Shown here: in pieces, positions 1 to 13,826 of the stretch
How the letters are laid out: each line of letters opens with the position of its first letter
Numbering within the stretch: the first letter of the stretch is position 1
Assembly: GCF_947568905.1 (NCBI RefSeq)
Contig: NC_079171.1
Location: forward strand, 40,610,001 to 40,674,000
DNA from: Ostrea edulis
Lineage: Eukaryota
Length of the DNA stretch: 64,000 nucleotides
Reading direction: 5' to 3'
Position numbers and translations under genes: made by a program
The notes under the pieces: model-generated
Told to the model about the DNA's origin: nothing
The model's database searches: none
The model's input: the letters and a program-made list of their open reading frames with translations, nothing else

Positions 1-2001
1 AAGTGGCGCCTAAACAGAACGTTGTGACATCATCGGTTGCCATGCACAATATTTTTTATGTGTACAGCCCGTGGATTTTTATGGCAGATAGCAGGAGTTG
101 TTAGCTCCAGATAGAGAACATTTTACTAGTAATAATATTTGTACCAAAACCCGGTTTTTTCTATGGAGAAAAATTCTAAATTGGTTAGTGTTAATTTTGA
201 ATGATATTATTGTGATGTTTAGCAATGAATGCAGTGACAGTACATTAGGTTGATACTTATGTATTTGATGTATGTGTATTCATCAATTTCGGTATAAATA
301 CATCATTTAAGCATACATATACATGCATTTATAGTTACACTCTTTATAAAAAAAAAAACGTTATTGATAAAGTTAGGTGTAGGTTTTCTTCATAGATGCA
401 ATTGTTTTATTATTATATAATCACGGAAGATAACTCAATCTACACCATGTACGTATTTGTATCTGGTTGAAAGAGTTACACCTCGTTGCACATGTGTGTC
501 AGTGCTTAGGTATTGTTCAGTTATGTACATGCAACTACAGTCGATAGTACATGTAATTACAGTCGTTAATGAATTCTATTGATGCAATCTAAACAATTTT
601 ATTGTACATGTACCGCATCATCAATAACATTGCTAGTATGTATTATCATGTCTGATTGCAGTAACTTGTGTTTACAATGCTATTCTTTTACATTTGTAAC
701 GGTAAATCGTGTTCAATGTTGTCATCGTGTTCATGGACATCGTCATTACGAATAAAATTATACGCATTTAGAAAAAGAAATGGTCTCATTTCTGGTCAGT
801 GCAACATCATAAATTCATTATTAACAATGGGTGAAGTGAAACAGCAATTACAGTCGGACCCTTTTCCGTGGTCAATTAAAGCAGTTTTACTTTGCAAAAT
901 TAAAAGGTTTATACATAATCGTCACGGAGGATGCTTTCTAAAAACATTTTTATAGTTCCCTTTGTTTTTCTTCACGAAGAATGTCGATATACCCATTAGT
1001 CTTTAAACCCCACAACAAGCAGTTTTCGTCACTATACTCCTTCATGAATAATAATTAAAAAAAAGTGATCAAGTCTTAACACAAAGGACAACGATATGAA
1101 TATATCTCGTGCTTTCCAAGTTTGCAAATTACGTGCCATTATTTAATTGTGTTAGAATCTTGATATTCTTGTTAATTGGAAGATATGCATGATTTTCATT
1201 GAATACATATGCACGTATGCTACGTAGATGATAGATTTAATATTATCATCATTATTATTTTCATCATTATTATTATTCTTATTATAATTATTATTATTAT
1301 TGGAGTCACTCGGCTCAAAGTGGTGTGGAGCTTAACACTTCGTTACAAACAGATGGAATGTTCAGCGCTAGCAACAAATAGTTCGTAAAGCATTTACGTA
1401 TTACACGTTTAAATTCACAATTTCTGTAAAATTCACTTTTCTACCGTCGGTCAATTGAGTATGTAAATAACAATAATAATAATAATAATAATAAACATAT
1501 CCTTTATTGAAACAGGATAGCACAATTATTTTAAAAACTAGTTTACATTGTGGTGCTGAAAAGGTATGTTGTATACATACATGTACGCTATTTACATTTT
1601 TAAAACTGAAAATAATAAAAAACAAATCTATATGGTTTTAATTCCCCGTATGAAAAACATCTAAGATAAGCGGATTTAAAACTCTCCAATGTTGGGTAAT
1701 ATTTTAAAAATCCTGGCATATTATTCCATAACTGTGACCCGTATAGAGATATACATTTGTGCGTAAGTTTATGACTTTTGAGTGTACTTCTCTATTTCTT
1801 TTTTTTATTTTGGGGCAATTCTTAATTTGCATAAAATCAACTGCCATCAGTATTTTAAGTACTTTGATTATTATATTATTATAATTGTTATGATAATGAT
1901 AATCACGCGCAATTGATGATTTAGAATATCTTTACGGAAGAATGAATTTTACTACATCACAACAAACTGCGATTTTCTATTTGTTATCAAAATGGTATTT
2001 C

Positions 2002-3230
2002 TTTTAGGTTACCTCAATCACTCTGGTGATATATTACCGTTGGTCTTCGTCCGTCGCAATGTATTATACAGTGCATCATCCGTACACAAGTTTACATTAT
2101 TAACTTCTTCATGAGAACTACAATGCCAATTTTATCATTTTCGGTGCGAGAAGTATATAGAAGAGCCCTTGATAAAACTTGTGAAATTCATGACCCCTGG
2201 GTAAAGGGTTCAGGACCTAGGGCAGGGTAAATATGACCATTTCGTGAACATGTATGAAATTTTAGAAGATATTCTCTACTCTCATATATATTGGGGAAAA
2301 AAACTAAATCAATGATCAGGGTGTCCATGAAGCTCAGTACTGAAATGGTTCCCGTATTGGGGATTGAGGCCCTAGGGCTTGACCAATATGGCCATCTAGT
2401 GAACATATATTAAATGTTAGAAAATATATATGTCTATTTCTGTATATATTTGAGAAAAACTAAATGCATGATCAAAATGTCCATCAAGCTCTCTACAAAA
2501 TAATGTGAAACCCGTGATTCAGGGGTTGAATGTGAAACTCGTGAGTCAGGGGTTGGGGCCCTTGGATGAAGACCAAGATGATCACATAATGATAATGTAA
2601 TCTATCTTTAAAAGATTTTCTCTATTCCAAAATACATTTGAGAAAAAAATAAATAAATGCATGATTATAGTGTCCATATAACTCTAACTGAATTGTGAAA
2701 TTCCTGGGTCAGGGGTTCAGACCCTAACGCAAGGCCAAGGTGGCCATATAGTGCAAACGAATCGAATCTCAAAATATATTCTTCTCTAGTCCCATATGTA
2801 AATGTACTTGAGAATAACTAAATGCATGGCTATGATGTCTATAAAGCTTTCTACGGATATTGGAAAAGTCATGGTTCTTGAGTAAGAAGTTCAGAGCCTT
2901 GGGCAGGACCTATATGACAACATAATAAATGTATACAAATCTTGTGTTCTCTTTTTTCATTGTACAGTTATGGGAGAAACTTTATACATGATTATGATGA
3001 AATTCATTGCCCATTGGTCAGGTGTTAGGCTTTCAGGGGAGGGCGGTTTCAAAATGATTTATAGGATTAAAAATTCCATTTTTACTTCTTCTGTAATAGG
3101 AATTGTATGCATATTTTGAAAGATTATAAACATGTAAACAGACTCTATATTGAGGCTTCAATGCTAATGTGAGACTCTTTTTTCGGACTATGATACTCAG
3201 GTGATCGATAAGACCCGATGGTCTTTTGTC
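2002..3230 (+). mobile_element. Helentron-associated non-autonomous element (HINE/Pearl-like) with ~160-bp internal tandem units
   Basis: T-rich start ttttaggttacct, gtccgtc motif near the 5' end, degenerate internal repeats (catgacccctggg..ggccatatag), 3' end ctcaggtgatcgat plus hairpin aagacc-cgat-ggtctt. Confidence 0.7.
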
Positions 3231-3536
3231 TCACATTGCTCATTATTAGAAACCGCCTATAAACCAGGCGTATTATGTCACAACGGTGCTTGCACGTCCG
3301 TCCATACGTTGGGGGTTTTCTGTTTTAATTTTCATTCATCTGCCATATCAAGCTGGAACTTACCATGCGACTTCTCTGTTGGTCACTCTGGGTCATGTTA
3401 ATCCTTTTCGAACTCTCTTATAGCGGTGTTTCCGCTATATTTGGAGATTATTACGATATGGAGGGTACATAATGTGTTCGTCTAACCCCTCCAACAAGTT
3501 ACAAGTGAGAACCTTGTGCATGTGACAATGATTTGA

Positions 3537-5110
3537 TTTTTATACCCCGTCATTAGACCGGACGTACTATGTTATAGCGTTGCCCTTGTGTCCGTCTATC
3601 TGTCTGTCCGTCCGTCCGTCCGAGGTCGTGTTTTGTGACTTTTTCCTGTAACAGATACATGTACGACTTTGAAAATTTGTCACAATTTCTATCTTAAGAA
3701 GTGAGTTTGCATTTCAGCTGGATTGGTCCTTCCTATAATAAGTCAAACAGTTTTCCGAAATTGTTTTCTTTACAAATACAGACGTTTGCCTGAAATTTAT
3801 ACATAAGCTTCCTCTCAAAACAATAAAAAATTAGTTTGCATTCCAGCTGAATTACTCCGTCCGTCCTTGACCTACATCAGACCTAAATGTAAGTCAACAG
3901 TTTTCCGGGTTTTTTTCACGATGGGTAAATATTTTGCCATGAAATTTAGTCACAGGCTTCCTCCTGGACGAATACAAGTTAAGTTTTCATTTCAGCTGGG
4001 TTGGTATATCATTGACCTACTTTCGGGCTAAGAATAGGCCAAAGAGTTTTCCGGTTCTCTTACATTATGGATACATAGTACCCTTAAATTTAGTCACAAA
4101 CTTCCTCTTGGAGGAATACAAGTTCAGTTAGCATTTCAGCTGGATCGGTCCGTCCTTAAACTACTTTTAGGGCCTCCGTGGCCGAGTGGTCACCTCTGGT
4201 CGGCGCGGGTTCGAATCCCGCTCGCACCGGTAAGTGAGAAAGTTCCAAATTTACTTTCGGAAGGTCGGTTGTCTTTTCTCAGGTACATTATCTGGGTTCT
4301 CTCTTCCACCAATAGAAACTGGGCGCCACCAGATAGCTGAAAAACTGTTGAGTGTGGCGGAAAAAAGCAAAACAATCAATCAATCAATTGACCTACTTTT
4401 GGGCTAAAAATAGGTCAATTAGTTTTCCAGTTTTTAAATTACGAATTCAGACATTGCTCTGCGATTTAGTCACGGGTTCCTCTTGGAGGAATACAAGTTA
4501 ACTTTGCATTTTAGTGGGATTGGTACTTTCTTGACCTATGTTTTGGCTAAAACTGGGTCAAACAATTTTGGGGTTTTTGTCAATTACGGATATAGGTATT
4601 GTCCTGGTATTATGTCAAAGGCTTTCTCTTGGAGGATTAAAAGTTCATCTTGCATTTCAGCTGAATTGGTCTATCCCTGACCTTCGTTTGAGCTAAAATA
4701 GGTCAACCAGTTGTCCATACTTTTTTTCTTTATGTATATTGTCCTGCTATTTAATCAAAGACTTTCTCTCGGAGGAATAGTAATGCAGTTAACATTTCAG
4801 CTGGATTTTTGCATTATGACCTACTTTAAGGATATAATTGGTTGAAAAGTTGTTCCAGTTGTTCTTTTTTTTAGGTATGACCACAGGTATTGCTCTGAAT
4901 TTTTGTCACAGCCCCCATCCCTTTAAGAGAAATGCAGTTCACATTTCAAACATTTAAACTTAACTGGTGTACCTTGACCTACATTAGGGCTAAAGGTAGA
5001 AAGATCAAATGATCTCCTGGACTTTCTATCATCATTTATAGATATTGCACCGACATTTTGTCAGAAACTTTTCCTCATAGAAATACATAATTCGTACACA
5101 TGTCAGATGG
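3537..5110 (+). mobile_element. Second HINE-like element with (GTCC)n and ~130-bp tandem units
   Basis: tttttatacccc start, gtccgtccgtccgtcc at ~3607-3622, and about ten repeats of gcatttcagctgga..gacctacttt..gggctaaaaataggtcaa. Confidence 0.65.
4170..4389 (+). mobile_element. tRNA-derived SINE (family 1) inserted in the HINE array
   Basis: A-box gtggccgagtgg, B-box gggttcgaatccc, (CAAT)n tail. The host motif ctactttt(a)gg is present on both sides, TSD-like. Confidence 0.8.
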
Positions 5111-5171
5111 ATTGGTGCACGATGATCCACTTTATTAAGATTTTGTGTTGTATGAATTCAGAGTGCATAAT

Positions 5172-6130
5172 CTGCTTCCAGTTTGAATTTCACGACGGGT
5201 GTATATTGTACCGCTTTTTGAATTTCACTATCCGACTGGTGTATATTGTACCGCCTTTTGAATTTCACTATCTGACGGGTGTATTTGTACCACTTGTTGA
5301 ATTTCACTATCCGACGGGTGTATATTGTACCGCTTGTTGAATTGCACTATCCGACATGTGTATATTGTTCCGCTTCCTGTTTGAATATCACTATCCGACG
5401 AGTGTATATTATACCGCTTCCTGTTTGAATTTCTCTATCCGACGGGTGTATATTGTACCGCTTCTTGTTTGAATTTCACTCTCCAACGGGTGTACATTGT
5501 ACCGCTTTTTGATTTTCACTATCCGACGGGTATATATTGTACCGCTTGTTGAATTTCACTATCCGACGGGTGTATAGTGTACCGCTTGTTGAATTTCACT
5601 ATCCGACGGGTGTATAGTGTACCGCTTGTTGCATTTCACTATCTAACGGGTGTATAGTGTACCGCTTTCTGTTTGAATTTCTCTATCCGACGGGTGTATA
5701 ATGTACCGCTTCCTGTTTGAATTTCACTATCCGACGGGTGTATGTTGCACCGCTCTTTGATTTTCACTATCCGACGTGTGTATATTGTACCGCTTGTTGA
5801 ATTTTACTTTCCCACTGGTGTTTATTGTACCGCTTGTTGAATTTCACTATCCGTCGGCTGTATATTGTACCCCTTGTTGAATTTCACTATCCGACGGGTG
5901 TATATTGTTCCGCTTCCTGTTTGAATTTCACTATCCGACGGGTGTATATTGTACCGCTTGTTGAATTTCACTATCCAGCGAGTGTATATAATACCGCTTC
6001 CTGTTTGAATTTCACTTTCCGACGGGTGTATATCGTACCGCTCCCTGTTTGAATTTCACTATCCGACAGGTGTATATTGTAACGCTTCATGTTTGAATTT
6101 CACTATCCGACGGGTGTATATTGTACCACT
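5172..6130. repeat. Minisatellite, 40-bp unit with a 44-bp variant, about 23 copies
   Basis: gaatttcactatccgacgggtgtatattgtaccgcttgtt, with variant ..cttcctgttt; head-to-tail with no spacers. Confidence 0.95.
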
Positions 6131-6589
6131 TTCATACTCTAGTTCATGTTGTGTTAGAAAATTACACGTTGTTGTTTAACAATTTTGCGAAAATATTATA
6201 AAGTTTTGTCCTTTTAATTCCTTCTAACTACTTTCAAATTTCCAAAAGAGGCCATCTATGAACAACTTGACGATATGCTATTTGCAAGGATTTTGATTAT
6301 CAAAATTTTTCTACTTTTCTTTGAATATTGAAGTATTTACACATTGATGAATTTTGTACGATTGTTCGTATACTCGAGCCGAATGTTAAACAATATACGA
6401 CCAACCAATATTCCTATGTTTGAAAACAAAGAATACCACAGCTTGTCGATGGCTGATACTACCTTAAGTAAAGTTCTATAACTGTTGGTATTGTTTCCAT
6501 GTTTACTAACCAATGTCACAAAACAAAGACATTATAATAAACATATCTTATATAACCTTCTTACGTAATTTCTAGGGGTAAAGCTTTTT

Positions 6590-7130
6590 AATAAAATATA
6601 TTGCATTTTCAACATATGATCAATTATGCCCCACCCTAGGATCTGAACTCAAAGTCCAGATTTTCTTTTGCATTCTCAAAACATGCACCACAATGCATGT
6701 AGCCAATATATCCCATTTTTGACACCGAAACCATGGATTCATGGATCTCACAATTTAGATAGAGGTTTTATTGTCCAAAATCATGAAAATAGTTTGTCTT
6801 CTTGATGTCAAAAGTAACAAAGATTACAGTTTTATTATATAGCCAACGTGGCACAACCTTAGGTCTGAACCAAGGCCTTCATCGACAGGTCATGAGTTTC
6901 GGCTTTGGTAAAAGGCTCAATGGTCAACATAAGCATGCAAACAGTTTGCCTCCTTCATGTCCAAAACCAAAGAGGAATATCTACGGTATAATGCATTTTG
7001 AATATACATATATGTTCAGCTTAGCCCTATCCCTGGACATGAACCATGAACATGTTTATTTATTCGCTCATTGCTTATCATAGGCAGACCAATTGTTTGC
7101 CCTCTTGATGTCAAGAAGTAAAGATGATTA
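6590..7130. repeat. Degenerate ~165-bp satellite/HINE core units
   Basis: Recurring gcc(c/a)caccct.gg.tctgaac..catga..tt..caa..tt.g.taga motifs. Similar units at ~17600-17720, ~26200-26400 and ~37040-37270. Confidence 0.45.
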
Positions 7131-7199
7131 CATTGACTTATATGGTTTTGGTTATAAGTTTGTTTGCGATAACAGAAAGCCAAAAACATGTTCAAAATC

Positions 7200-7760
7200 C
7201 CACGCTCAACCTATACTAACCACTGAGGAATCTTTAGACAATTTGGGATGACTGAGTCCAGCATGGTAGTCCAGCTTATTGATTCCATCAGGTGTAAATT
7301 TATGAAAAGTTCAGACTGTATGCACTATTTAGAACCCATGTGGGTTTCTTTCAATTTAAGGTGTTACCTATGGGACTGGCAAAATCACCAGGTACATTTC
7401 AGATAGTTGTAGATGTTGTATTGTGTGGGCTTTCAAGTAAATCATGTCTCGTATACCCGGATGATATAATTGTGTTCTCAAGAACATCTGATGAGCACTT
7501 AGTACACCTTCAAGATTTTGAAAGGTTAGCGACTGCTGACCTAAGACTTATCGAGTTTGTGTGATATGGTTTAACTATTTGGGTCACATTGATAGTGATT
7601 ATGGTGTTAATTAGTCCAGACCCAGAGAAGGTCAAAGTGGTTCAAGAATGAACTATTTCTTACAACCGTAAAAATTGCCATCCTGAGTAATTACAAGATA
7701 AGTTACAGTGAAATTGCTTCACCATTGTATTAATTGACGAAAAAAGGTTGTCAGCTGTCA
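7200..7760 (+). mobile_element. Ty3/Gypsy LTR-retrotransposon RT relic
   Basis: FQFKVLPMGLAKSPGTFQ..CLVYPDDIIVFSRTSDEHLVHL (YxDD). After a frameshift it reads YLGHI..G..PDPEKVKVVQE. No LTRs seen. Confidence 0.8.
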
Positions 7761-8284
7761 CATGCCTGGTTCCCTGGTTTACGCATTTCAATCATTAATA
7801 CAGAAAATCATCATAGTAGATGTTTCGCTCATTGCGGTGGTGGATGTTGCTCGGACACATTATGTTAACAGCATCATAGATATATAGGGATATAAATATG
7901 CGTTCATTCCTCCGTTTACAATAACAAAGTCACTATATGAATTCGCCATGCTGCAGAAGAGTTTAGGCCCAGTTGCACACGGTATTTCAAATGAAACAAC
8001 TGAACGGTATGCTTAATGTTTATGTTGATTAATTGATGAAAGTGTAACCTGTTTACAAGATAGACTGTGTATACAAATTATGATGCGGTTTTTTTTAACA
8101 TTGTTACTGTCATGGTGTCATTACAATGGTGGATGCAGGATTCCCAAAAAAGGAGGGGGTTATTTAAAGTCAAGTATTAGCCTGAATATTGTGTTTTAAA
8201 ATAATGGATGGACAAAATTTAAACAGTCGCTGCCATTACAACCACATTTCATATCACATATGTCACAACATAAATGCCTCACTT

Positions 8285-10020
8285 TCATGTCTGAAGTAAC
8301 AAGGCCATGGCAACTGCTCCATCACGTCCTGCTTTACCAATCTGCTGTACGAATCTATACATATCGGTAGGAGGTCCATAGTTTACAACATATTTAAAAA
8401 ATTTAAAATTGACTCCCATCCCAGCTGCAATTGTCGCAACTAAAACTGAAATGTTTCCACCATCTTTTATTTTTTCCTTCACAGTGTCTGGGAATTGCGA
8501 ATGGCATATACATTGTCTCAACATGTCTAATAAGATGGCCAAATTTCATCCCAAAAGTAGAAAATACTTCACTGCCTGTTTTAATTGATATGTAGAATAT
8601 CAAATATCGTTCACAAAGTTCTCTTTTAATCAAATAAATCAGAAAGTAGAAAATGTCGCACAATGATACAATACTCTTGAATTTATGAATAAATATTTTA
8701 ATATTCTTTCTATCTGGGTTTTCATTGCCAATTATCATACAAAACTTGTTTCTGTATTTCCTTCCGTGCTGATTTATTAGCTGTTACAGTTATCAACAGG
8801 ACATACCATTCTATGAGGGGTCTAATTTCAGCAACCTTGCTGGACCATACACGGAGAAGCTCCATCTCCGTTTCACTTTCACCCCTCAATATTACCACAT
8901 ATTCACATTGACAATTAAGTTTGGTGCAGGACAAGTAAAACCATTGGCAACTCAACCCTCACCAAATCGCCCCACCTAAAAGCCAACTGGATTTCCAATT
9001 GTTAAGGCATCCCTTTACCAAAAGTGACAACTTTTTTTGAGATATTTATGCTATCAATTTATCAAATGAAAAACAAAAATGGTTAAGGTCAAGACTGAAC
9101 CTTTGCTGGAGTGAATTTTTCTGATTGTGTGGGTTCAATACACAGTGTGTGTTCATTTGGAGTTGTAAAATAGTTTGCAGTTTTTGAGTTTGTGAATGAT
9201 ATAATACTTATGTATGTGTTTGCTTCATCATAAGCATAAGGAGAAAGATCTGTGTGGGATTAAGCGAGTTGAAATGGAATACGAGTTGATAATAATTAAG
9301 ATGTGCAATTCCATATGTAGACACCTAAGGGGATTTTAATTTTGGCTGTTTAAGGAATGCGAATTGGCAGAAAGTAGATGTGAGTTGCCTTTGTGACAAT
9401 TTATCTGTAAACATATACTCTGAAAACATAATAACTTATTAAATAAAGTTAGGGATTGTTATTGTACAGTACTGTAACGTAGAAATGATACAAGTCTTCA
9501 CGGTTATTTTTAAATATAATATCATATATCTTTAACATGAAAAGTAAAGTTTTTTTCCGTACCAATGCAGCACGGTATGGGCCTAATCAACAACAAACAG
9601 CTTGAAATGGTTACTGTTGGTCAGCATGTTCCTCCATTTATCCACTGTCAAAATGGATTAGGGTGAAGCAAACAGGAATTGAAAACGACCATTTATAATG
9701 TCACAGTCCTCGCTTTAATATCTGCCAATATACTTGGCAGTAAAGTTACACGATTTCAAATAATCACATTGTTATCTCATTATCGAAATTAATGGTGAAA
9801 CGACCAGAACACTGCACTTGCACCCGTTTATTATCATCCACACTGGTTGAAAATCTGGATAACAAATATTTCTACTGCCACCTGTTTTAATTGACAAAAA
9901 AGGATTCTCATCTTTTCAACATCTGTGTAATTGTGTCCTCCTGAAAAGATTTTGAAGCGTCGAAATTGAACTTAGCTCGCACTATGAAAAATTTGTCCTC
10001 CAGGTTTATGTTGTTGCTGA
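8285..10020 (-). pseudogene. Degenerate intron-containing RecQ-family (SF2) helicase, probably transposon cargo (AcademH-like)
   Basis: - strand ~9560-10020 reads SFQEDTI..IKTGGSRNICY..SVLVVSPLISIM..FLFASP*SIL..LFVVD*AHTVLH (motifs I, Ia and II DEAH, with stops). An intron at ~8885-9560 splits W of HW|GE. Then VLLITVTA (motif III) and VLVATIAAGMGVN..YGPP..QQIGKAGRDG (motifs V and VI). Confidence 0.85.
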
Positions 10021-12663
10021 ACATATATTCGTTACACTACCTCTAATTCGCTGAAATGCCATTGCGGTTTCTGAATGGCACCAATCAAATTATCCGAGCA
10101 TACTAACTAAATACAACGACATTTTGACTGGTTTGCTTACGGATGATGAGTAGACAACGATATTAGCTGTGGGTATCCGACGATGGGGATTCACATACGT
10201 ACTAGAAATTGTTGGTAGCTACACGAACCCAATTATTTTCAGAAGAAAAATGTACAAATGCTGTAATAACTGAATCGATATTTTTGGGGATCCACATGTG
10301 AGCATACCAATTTGCGATTTTGGGTTTCTAAAATCAATCATTCAAACGTATATGTCTCTTTCGGCTAAAGAAATTCACAAAAGCTAATTAATTCCGTTTG
10401 ATGCAATGTTTAGTTGGTGTTAGTATCTATTTTCTGACTAAAATATCTAAGTACGAGGCAGACGTGGAAGCCTCTGTGGTGTCTTTATTTCGAGTTCACT
10501 GAGATATAGGCCTATTCGAAAACGTGAGCTATCTCTCTTTGTATTCTAACATTTAGTGTGAATATGACAAGTTCCGGGTAGCAACACAATCAGACTGCAC
10601 AATATGTTAAGTATTATGTTGAGAATCCAGGATGGTGTTCAAAATTGAAAACAGTTCAAACCATTTGTATGAGGGGTAAGAAAATGCTAATGAAAACAAA
10701 GTTCTTTGATCGAGTCAGGGGTGTGGGGTTTTTTTTTTGGGGGGGGTGCAGACTTTTAAAAATCGAATTGGGAATCAGACACTCACTTCTTTACAAATAT
10801 CTTCTAACGACTGGTATGATCATTTTGTACGAAATCAGAACAGAACTACTGAATATCAAAAGATGATGGCAATTCATCAGCTCAAAGCTCGTTTTTTTTT
10901 TGCAAGGATCGAAACGTGTCATGATCTTGAATATAATGGTACCCCCACCCCCTCCAACGAAAATCCTCCAAATTATGTAAAGTAAGAAACCAATGCTCTC
11001 ACTGGTTTACCAGGGCTAAAATTATTCCATCACTACCATCCGACTTTTTGGAAACTTAACCAGATTGCAATATTTGGCTAACTCACTTCAAAGTAACTAG
11101 ACGTATCAACGCTGTGTGCAAATCATTTGTACATGTGCAGCATTCAGCTGGGATTGTTGGTCTCAACTGATATATTCAAAATGCAGTAAAATAGGTAATT
11201 ATATCCAAATAAATTTACATTTGTTAATTATTGCTTGATTGATATAAATTATTTTTCCAATGTGGTCTGGGGAGGGGTAGGGGGTACTTGCCACTCTCAG
11301 ATGTACTCTTTGAGGGATAGGTAGGTTTTAACATCGAATATGATGCTTTTGACGTCTCTGTATTTTCCCTCTTTTTATTCGGTTGAGTCCCCTTGAGATG
11401 TTTTATTATGTAGGCGTGTACTGTGTCATAACAGAAGGATTCACCTTTTGCCACAAATTCACAAAATAATGTGATTTAAAACTCCAAATATTTTACCCCA
11501 AAATGGCTGAATTTACAGGTACATACTCCTGCCGACTTATTTATACCGCGTATTACTATTCAGGGGCTTCAATTTTAATTATTTTATTTTCAAAACATTG
11601 CATGTGTAAATGTCAGTTTAAAGATGAGTTGTGACGATAAAGAATTTGTTTATACTTGTATTTGAAACTGTATTTGTGAGTAATCAGTTGGGAATCTGTC
11701 ATTTGCCTCTCATTTACAAGCACAGGCTACGTTAGATTGTACTCGCCAATCGAAGGAGGTGGACATTTCCAGAATTCAGATGTGTCAGTCTGACATACCT
11801 AGACGTACATAGTGTCAGAACTTTTATTACTGCATGTACTACATTGATACTGAACAAGCAACCTTTGATATTCTATTATAAACCTGCCTGTGTTAAAACA
11901 CGGGGTCCTAAGTTAAGAGTAAAGGTCCTGAGGAAATTTGTGCAATATATGATATATATACTAACTTCAATCATAAAACACGTGAAATCCTGGAACGGGT
12001 TAGTTAGAATAATCTGACTGTGTCTCGGGACAGGCTCTTCGTAGCAATCCACATCACTTTAACGATAAAACGTTCTATTGGATGGGATGGGGGTTGTCCT
12101 CCTGTATTTACAATATCAATTTTCTATTATTTTTACATGCAAAGCTTATTTTTTCACGTGTATGAAGGAAACCTATGTATTGTGATTTTTTTTACTAACG
12201 TGAACATATTTGTTGGCGTGATTGCTGTAAGATTATGCAGCAATATCTTTGCAGCCGTCTGCACTATTGGTAATGACCCTTTTCGAGCAGTACTTTCCAG
12301 ATCAAGGAAAGATAGCTCATGTTTTTGGATTGGCCTATATCGAATTGATGTAAAAATGAAAATGATGATTGTTAACAGATGTAATATCATCGGTGTATCT
12401 TAATTACTGTGATAAAATTTAGAAATCATTTCAAAAGTAAGGATTATCTCCCTCATACATAGCTCTGATCCTTAGACGAATTTGGCTTCAGTCTTTGACA
12501 CAGATTTTCCTATTAGTTCTTACAAGTTTATTGTTATATCGGATTTCCAAAATTTCGGCTTCAGCATATGTTGTCGAAATCCTTATGGATAAAATGGAAT
12601 ATTTTAGGGAATTGGAATGTGTATAGGGAAGTTGATTACGAAAATCATTGATATTCATTTCAG

Positions 12664-12824
12664 ACAACAAATGGATAGAGACATAATTAAGAAATACCAA
12701 GCAATTGACTCCCCCAGTTCCAGGAAAGGTAGGATGGCACTATAACATGACAATGAGAACGTGAACAGTGATTACCAAGAATAGGGACAATTTAGTCCAT
12801 CTTCAACCTGACTCCATTCATTAA
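12664..12824 (+). pseudogene. Orphan, inactivated last (cytoplasmic-tail) exon of an upstream paralog
   Basis: Aligns with 34564-34720: acceptor TTTCAG, then QQMDRDIIKKYQAIDSPSSRK..NVNSDYQE* versus [30 protein letters not shown]. It has in-frame stops, and no TM or EGF exons are recognisable upstream. Confidence 0.75.
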
Positions 12825-13567
12825 ACGATTTTCATATAGGGCCCAAATTGTTTTGAATAGTGTAACGGTATTATCGATGTCAAGTTCGAAAAGTATTTGG
12901 CAGGTTCCACATAGGGGAATTAATAAAATATGTTGATGCATATGAATAGCAATTCTGGATCATTGATCCAATGCGCATTTCAATTCAACTTTATTCAGAT
13001 GAAATGAAATTACTTTTTTTTTTTTTTTTTTTAGAACAGACTAATTGTGAATTAAACCCAGTTATTGTGTACGTGACTAAATGTTTAAATGTTTAAACTG
13101 TCGACAATAGCAGGCAACGTACCATCTTGACTTAAAGTCAGGTTTTAAGATTCTAGCTACATGAAACATATGTTACACACATTTTGGCTGCGAGAAGGGG
13201 GATATGAATATCTTGCAACTCTATGTACTTGTCTGTACAAGGACACCATGGATGTTCCCAATGTCTTGCGCAGTTTAGGTAAGCGGATCTAAGTTGATAA
13301 TGTATAGATTTTTAAAGGGATCCAATGCAGTGATACAGAGCTATACATAATTATTTTCATTCACCTCTCCTTTGGGCTATCATCTTAAATTTCTACTGAT
13401 CAATTAGTAATTTACTGCCCTTTAAACCAGTAGATATGAAGACGACTAGCCCAAATTCGATATTTGATAATAATGAAACGTTTCCGTGATTCGGCCTAAT
13501 ATTATGTTTATTCAAACTGGAATCAACACCATGTTTGAAAAACGTCGTCATTGTACTATTCTCATTC

Positions 13568-13826
13568 ATGGGGATCAGGGTTAGAATAGGTCCTCAGTAC
13601 CCCTTGCTTGTCGTAAGAGCCGACTAAATGGGACTGCCCTTCGGATGAGACCGCAAAAACTGAGGTCCTGTGTCACAGCAGGTGTGACACGATAAAGATC
13701 CTTCCCTGCTCAATGGTCATAAGCGCCAAACATAGGCCTACATTTTGCAGCCATTCACCGGCAGTGGTGCCGTCTCCATATGAGTGAAATATTGTTGGGA
13801 GGGACGTAAAACAATACTCAATCAAT
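13568..13826 (+). mobile_element. SINE-like repeat family 3 (no tRNA head; central and 3' region shared with family 2)
   Basis: ggggatcagggttagaatagg..cttgtcgtaagag.cgactaa..cggatgagaccgcaaaaac.gaggtcc.gtgtcacagcagg..caatcaat. Other copies at 37360-37627 and 43146-43400. The central block resembles my recollection of the Deu/Nin SINE domain (unverified). Confidence 0.7.

Noticed and set aside
1-2000. ORFs 668-955 and 1401-1625
   Set aside because: Low-complexity AT-rich translations with no motifs or splice support; the second overlaps a (TTA)n repeat tail.
5172-6130. CRISPR-like regular repeats (also 35819-36183)
   Set aside because: Units are head-to-tail with no unique spacers, there are no cas genes, and the context is eukaryotic.
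12020-12403. ORFs 12020-12403 (+) and 12154-12390 (-) as genes
   Set aside because: No coherent domain. Only a ~20-aa RT-like sliver (YTDDITSVNNHHFHFYINSI) next to a repeat junction, too short to call.
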